A stretch of DNA of 62,760 nucleotides, counting the filler. It is 12 parts of 12 records of this genome, joined end to end, with 100 filler letters (N's around TTAATTAATTAA, not from the genome) between each part and the next. Parts side by side here need not be neighbours in the genome. Positions count along the whole stretch, not along the records: positions 57,268 to 62,760 come from SRR15195285_7906; 11 more parts are not named here. One strand, written 5' to 3'. Below the pieces are notes generated by a model. That model saw only the letters and a list, made by a program, of their open reading frames with translations, did not search any database and had not been told where the DNA came from. Below are positions 57,777 to 62,760 of this stretch, piece after piece (within the stretch, counting starts at the first letter, position 1; each line of letters starts with the position of its first letter). The position numbers and the translations under genes were made by a program.

Positions 57777-60700
57777 ATGCCGTGGACGAACGCGCCCGCG
57801 GATGGATCAGCCGAGTCTGAGGCGTCGACGCGACACCGCGGACCGTCCGCGACCGAGCTCGAGGCAAAAGATCCGTACCCGCTGGGGGCACCGGAACCCG
57901 AGCCGGAGGCGCTGGTCCTGCAATCGCCTAAGGAGCGCAAGGCCGCAGCCGCTTCCCTCAAAGCGGCACGCCAGCGGGCAGAGAAGGCGGCGAAAGCGGC
58001 GCAGAAAGAGGCGGCCAAAGCGCATAAGCAGGCGCTCAAGGCACACAAAAAGCTGAAGGATGGAACGGAGCCACCCCCGCAGCCGAGCGACGATTTATCG
58101 GCGTTCGTGCCACCCGAAGAGGCATCCGAGCTGAAAAGTCTCGGATGGGTGATGGGCCCGGGAGGCGCATGGGAGGAAGCGGCCCCCGACTCAGCCCGAA
58201 GCAGCAACGCCTCGTCCACTGCCTCTAGGCGGCGCCAAGAGTGGGCCACAGGCATGCCAGAGCTGGATGCCTCCGCAATCCTGCCGTCCCCGGACGGCGA
58301 CAAAGCCGAAGAGGAGGCCATCGTGGACCGGGAAGAGGCCGAGAGGCTGGCGGCGATGCAAGCCGAGACCGAGGCACTCGAGGCAGAGCTGCGGGCTGGT
58401 GTGGCTGCGTGCCGCGAGGCCGGCGACGCAGCTCTCGCCGCGTGTGACTTCACTGGCGCAGCAGCGGCGTACCGCTCTGGGCTTGAGCTGGAGCCCGAGA
58501 ACGACGAGCTCACTGCTGCGATAGCAACGGTGGATATCAAGAAGGGCGAGGCTGATGCACGCGAAGAGCTGCGCGCCAGTGGTTCTCTAGTTGTCGGGGA
58601 GCTCGTGCTGGATGGCCTGTGGAAGTCCTCTGTTGAAGGCGCACTGATTGCGGTGCGCCCGAGAGCACGCACAGCGCCGTACTCAGAGGCGCAGTTCCTT
58701 GCGTCTGGTACTACTTACCCGCTGCGTGAGCACGACGGCGTTTGTAGCATGGGCGATTGGACGCTGTCTTTGGATAGATCAGACGAGAGTAGGCTACTCT
58801 GGGAGAGGGCTAGGCCTGAGCTCGAAGAACCTGAGCCAGAGCCTGAGCCTGACCCAGTAGTAGCAGACTCGGAATCGGCGCAACCGAATTGGAGTGCTCA
58901 TGAACACGAAGCAAATGAGAGCTTGATGTCTGATGTAAGCAATGGGTCTAGTGCGAGCGTCTACATCGACCCGCATCATCTCTCGTACGGGTCTACGATC
59001 ATTGCAGAGGCCAGCGTGATCTCTGAGAGCAATGTGCTCTCTGATGATGACGATGTGGACCTGCACGAACCTCAGACACCGGAGGAGGTTGCCAGGCGTC
59101 GCCACCGAGGACGCCATGTCGCTGGGATTGAAAACAATGCGCCGGTGATCCCACCAGATGGCGACTGGGATCTAGCTGGCAGGTTCCGGTGGAACTTGAC
59201 GGGACCAAATGGCGAGAAAGTGGCCCTTGATAGCCTCGCAAACAGTGAACGGAAAGCAGCTGGCATGGTCGACTGGCTAGAGGAAAAAGGTTACGGCAAG
59301 CATGTTGCAAAGATGCAAGAGCGATGGACTGGTGAGTCCCAACTCGAAGCACACCAGCACTTGGAGGTGGCCAAAACGGAATCTTCAATGCATGCGAGTG
59401 GACAGGATCTTTCAGCAAGTGTAGTCGATGAGTCTGGGGCCGAGGGGGAGGAACAGGACGACGACAGTGAGGTCGATCCGCTGGCAGGTGACATTGCATG
59501 GGAGTTCCTCGGCAGGTGTGTGAGCTCTTTGCAGCACCTTTCTCTTGACCGGATCGTTTGAATACAGGTTGAACAGACTCATAAGACTGCGGTTGTCGTT
59601 CACGATGGATGCTGCCGGTTTGAAGGCTCGACAGCGGCTCCCATTTCCCAGATGCTATTGCGGCCGCGTTCGTGCCGCCTCCGAAGAAAAGCTTGTTCGA
59701 CAAGGCACCACCTCCCAGTACTGTCGAGCGACTTCATCTCAACGGGTGTGGTATCGACGATGAAGCCTGCGCAAGTAAGTACCTGCGATGTTTTTTCTGC
59801 GTTGGCAATCTCGTACGGGTGTAGATTTCAACGCAGTAGTAATGCATGCAAGTGTGCATGGCTGTTGAGCTCAGCACTCATGGAGCTGTTGCCGAAGCTC
59901 ACGTCGCTGACCTACCTTGACCTGCGAGACAATCCTATCAATCCCGAGACGAAAGTGCAGCTGGCTGCTGTGGTCGCGAAGTGCCCAGGCCTACGGGCGG
60001 ATTGGACGGCCGATGTGAGCACAACAGTGCTGCTGCAGTCGCCGAAAGACAAAGTGGACCCGCACAACCGTTACTACCGAGTGGTGTGTACCACGAGCAT
60101 TTAGACACATTTGCGAAAACATCTCCTGCTGACTGTTGTTTGGTCATTGCAGGAAGGAGAGACCGAGGAGATTGTTCGTCCAATCAGCCTCTCGTTCCAA
60201 GTCCACAAGACCCAACCTCGATACTTGTGCGATCCCACCAAAAGTCATGCGACTGCAATGCTCATGCACAGACGCATACTGTCACACTGTTCAGGCATCG
60301 TCGACCCGGACAAAAATGTTTTTCTAATGTACTTCTCCCGCTGTGTGTGTGGCCTGTTGGCGTGGAATGCAGAGAGCCGACCACAAAAAAGGAGTGGTTG
60401 AAAGAGAGAAACAAAGCCTTGCCCACAAAGGTATTGACCAAGAAGGACGTAAAAGACCCTGAGCACGTTGGTATCGTTGTCAAAGATCATGAGAGTGCAG
60501 AGGTAGCGATTCCCCTGGACTTCGGTGAGGACTGGTCGACCTTTTGGGCAAAGCTCGAGAAGCTGGTGCGTTCACTACACAGGTTGTAGTTGCATTTGCT
60601 ACGGTCACTTGAGCAGCTGAGCAAAGTTGTCGTGTTGTGCTGCGCAATAGGGATGGGTGCATGAAGATGACCCACACTGTTCCTTTCAACATCACTTCTA

Positions 60701-60970
60701 CATTCCACCTGGTGAGGGCAGATTTCCATTGGTATGGGTTGATTTGGATGCGCCTGAAAGATGTCTGATTGTACAGGCGTCGACATACATACGGAGGAAG
60801 CTGAAGGCCCGAAGCTCCGTGTCGATTATTTTGACACCAAGAAGCAGGTTCGGGAGTATGTAAAACGTGAAGCGGCAGCGGCAAAAGCAGTCAAAGAAAA
60901 AGAAAAAAGGAACAGAAAGAAAAAAGATGGCGAGTTGGGACCTCTGGATGCATCGGCAGAGCCGGCGTGA
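57777..60970 (+). CDS. Multi-exon protein with TPR, LRR and a small C-terminal GW..YxxPG..DYF module
   Basis: TPR: CREAGDAALAACDFTGAAAAYRSGLELEPENDEL. LRR: LHLNGCGIDD and LTSLTYLDLRDNPI. GT-AG introns link the exons to the stop at 60970. Confidence 0.6.
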
Positions 60971-62064
60971 CGCATTGCAATACATGTCAACCTTACTGGT
61001 GCATAACCAGACCCAACTCGTCATCCATCTTTTTCTTTCTGTTCTTTTTTCAAAGCTCATCCACGTCGTCCTTGATCACGTCAACGCGCACACAGTGCGG
61101 GTAGTCCTTTCTTTTCTTTTTCGGTGGCAGGACGGTAGTTTCTGAAGTGACCATGCTACAATACTGTACGGGCCCCCTACTCCGTGGTGTACCAGTACAC
61201 TGGTAGGAAGGCCTTATGGCTTGCCGGATTGTATGCAATCGGTCGGACGGTCGGCGGCTGTCCGCCCGCTCTCTCTCTGAAACGGTGTGGGAATGGAGCT
61301 GTAGTTTCACAGCCCTACCCATCCCTGGTCACGCAGCATAGCAACCTTTCAGCTGATACAGCGTCGTTACCACCACTGTCGTCAGCCTTCGCCTCATGCG
61401 CCCTCGCTATAATTATTCCCCTCTATACACACGCGCGCGCAGATCCTAACTGGGGCAGCTCCGTGTGTCGTACCACATACATGCATGCGCCCCACCATCG
61501 AGCATACTCGCAGCACCTATTCGTAGCTACCTACTCCCTCCGTGCTGGTCTTCGGGGATTTTTGCCAGCTTCCTCCTGTGCGGGATCCGGGTGGCTCATT
61601 GCATGGTAGGGCCGCGTACCAATGTACTAGCTAGTATGGTGGTGTCGTATGGAGCGCTGGCGTACGAGTCCTAGACGAGCAGGAAGGCAAAGGGCTTATG
61701 GTCATAGCAAGGGATCTCAGGGTTGGACGGCAATATGTAAAGAAAGAATCTGACAAATCCGGGCGCAAATGGGTCAGAAATCATACTAGGTGAGTGTTTG
61801 AATCCTTGAAAAAAAACATTAGTCCCTGCCACTCGGTAGAGATAGCCCCATCAATTGTTTTTAAAAGTGCAGATGTGGAGTACTGGAAATCTCTGCTTGT
61901 GTAATTTCAGGGACGATCAAGACTTCTGCGTAGTGAGATTCTTTGAAACAAACGCTTACTTGGACTAATCTAGGACTACTGATGATCGGCACGGTGAAAA
62001 TGTACAAAATGTACAAAATCAGTCCATACTATGCCCACGGAGCTGTTAGTGAGGTGCATTATTT

Positions 62065-62760
62065 TCATGCTATTGTACAATGGGGAGATCCTGAGTCAGA
62101 TTCAACTTCTTGCAGTTTTGTAGGGTCGACAAATTTGTCACCGTAGATTATCCTCGCTTGCGCGCCCATTCCTGGGATTGGATTGGCGGTCGAGTGCGAT
62201 GCGTACCAGACGCTCACTTCTCCCGCCACCAGGCGAAAGAATTGACGCCGTACCACGTGGGCCAGCTTGCCATCGCAACTTGAAACAGCCACAACCTCGT
62301 GCGCGCTATCTCTACCGAGTGGCAGGGACTCGTGCGGCGTCCGATCGTGGATCCACACGAGCCGGCTCGCATCTGGAGTGTGAAGTTCATTGTTCTGTAT
62401 CAGGTGTCGCAAATGTTCGACATCTCCTCCTGGTACGATCGCTTCTGGTTTCACCACGCTGCAATTCCAGATCGCAGTAGAGCGTGCGACAGTGGACGCC
62501 ATGTAGATCCCACCGGAAAGGCCATCTTTTTCCAGGTGCCCGCCACCCCACCCCACCCATTTGGAAATGCCATTCTCCTTGCAGTAGCTGGGTTGCCATG
62601 ACCCTGGATTGTGGCAGATGCCTGGTGACTCGGTATGAAGTCCACAGCGACGTTGCGAGCTATCGATCTCCACCTCCGTCTCGTGCAGCGTGAGATAGCC
62701 CATTTTGCCTATGCCTTCAAATTCGTGGCAGTGCATTTCTGTTTGGTATATAGGTTCACT
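62065..62760 (-). CDS. Uncharacterised protein, putative 2OG/Fe(II)-dependent dioxygenase fold; 5' truncated
   Basis: Open to the window end; YLTLHE..SQRRCGLHTESPG..GGIYMAS..WIHDRTPHESLP..RQFFRLV..WY..HSTANP. Confidence 0.6.
   Translation of the reverse strand, partial: SEPIYQTEMHCHEFEGIGKMGYLTLHETEVEIDSSQRRCGLHTESPGICHNPGSWQPSYCKENGISKWVGWGGGHLEKDGLSGGIYMASTVARSTAIWNCSVVKPEAIVPGGDVEHLRHLIQNNELHTPDASRLVWIHDRTPHESLPLGRDSAHEVVAVSSCDGKLAHVVRRQFFRLVAGEVSVWYASHSTANPIPGMGAQARIIYGDKFVDPTKLQEVESDSGSPHCTIA

Noticed and set aside
1..62760. Possible functional gene cluster, e.g. PI3K with the FYVE kinase, or the four glycosidases
   Set aside because: The genes lie on different contigs joined arbitrarily; only within-contig adjacency is meaningful.

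Overview
This window is not a continuous locus. It is 12 unrelated eukaryotic contigs (about 3-7.5 kb each) joined by 11 artificial 100-nt spacers (N44-TTAATTAATTAA-N44), so adjacency across spacers means nothing. The DNA is GC-rich and gene-dense with short GT-AG spliceosomal introns, as expected for a protist genome or metagenome-assembled genome; I cannot assign the lineage. Signalling-type genes: ankyrin + XK-family membrane protein, FYVE/EF-hand/alpha-kinase, multi-domain class I-like PI3-kinase, RING protein, RRM/TPR/cNMP protein and a PTB-like adaptor. Enzymes: GH43-like, GH59, GH55 and GH5-like glycosidases, a tocopherol-cyclase-family protein, a type-B carboxylesterase, an enolase-superfamily enzyme, a bicupin, a FAM173-like methyltransferase and a NADAR protein. 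Others: a Cys-rich secreted protein and a DUF4116-repeat protein. Best leads: (i) one SH3b-like module that recurs in three unrelated signalling proteins; (ii) unusual PI3K, alpha-kinase and XK architectures; (iii) a probable unannotated 2OG/Fe(II) dioxygenase; (iv) a recurring upstream layout of a GTAC/TAG-rich block and a (CG)n tract, including an identical 21-mer on two contigs; (v) a single in-frame TAG inside an otherwise continuous ORF. I recognised no rRNA, tRNA, CRISPR array or transposase. All domain calls come from motif recognition by eye, not database searches.
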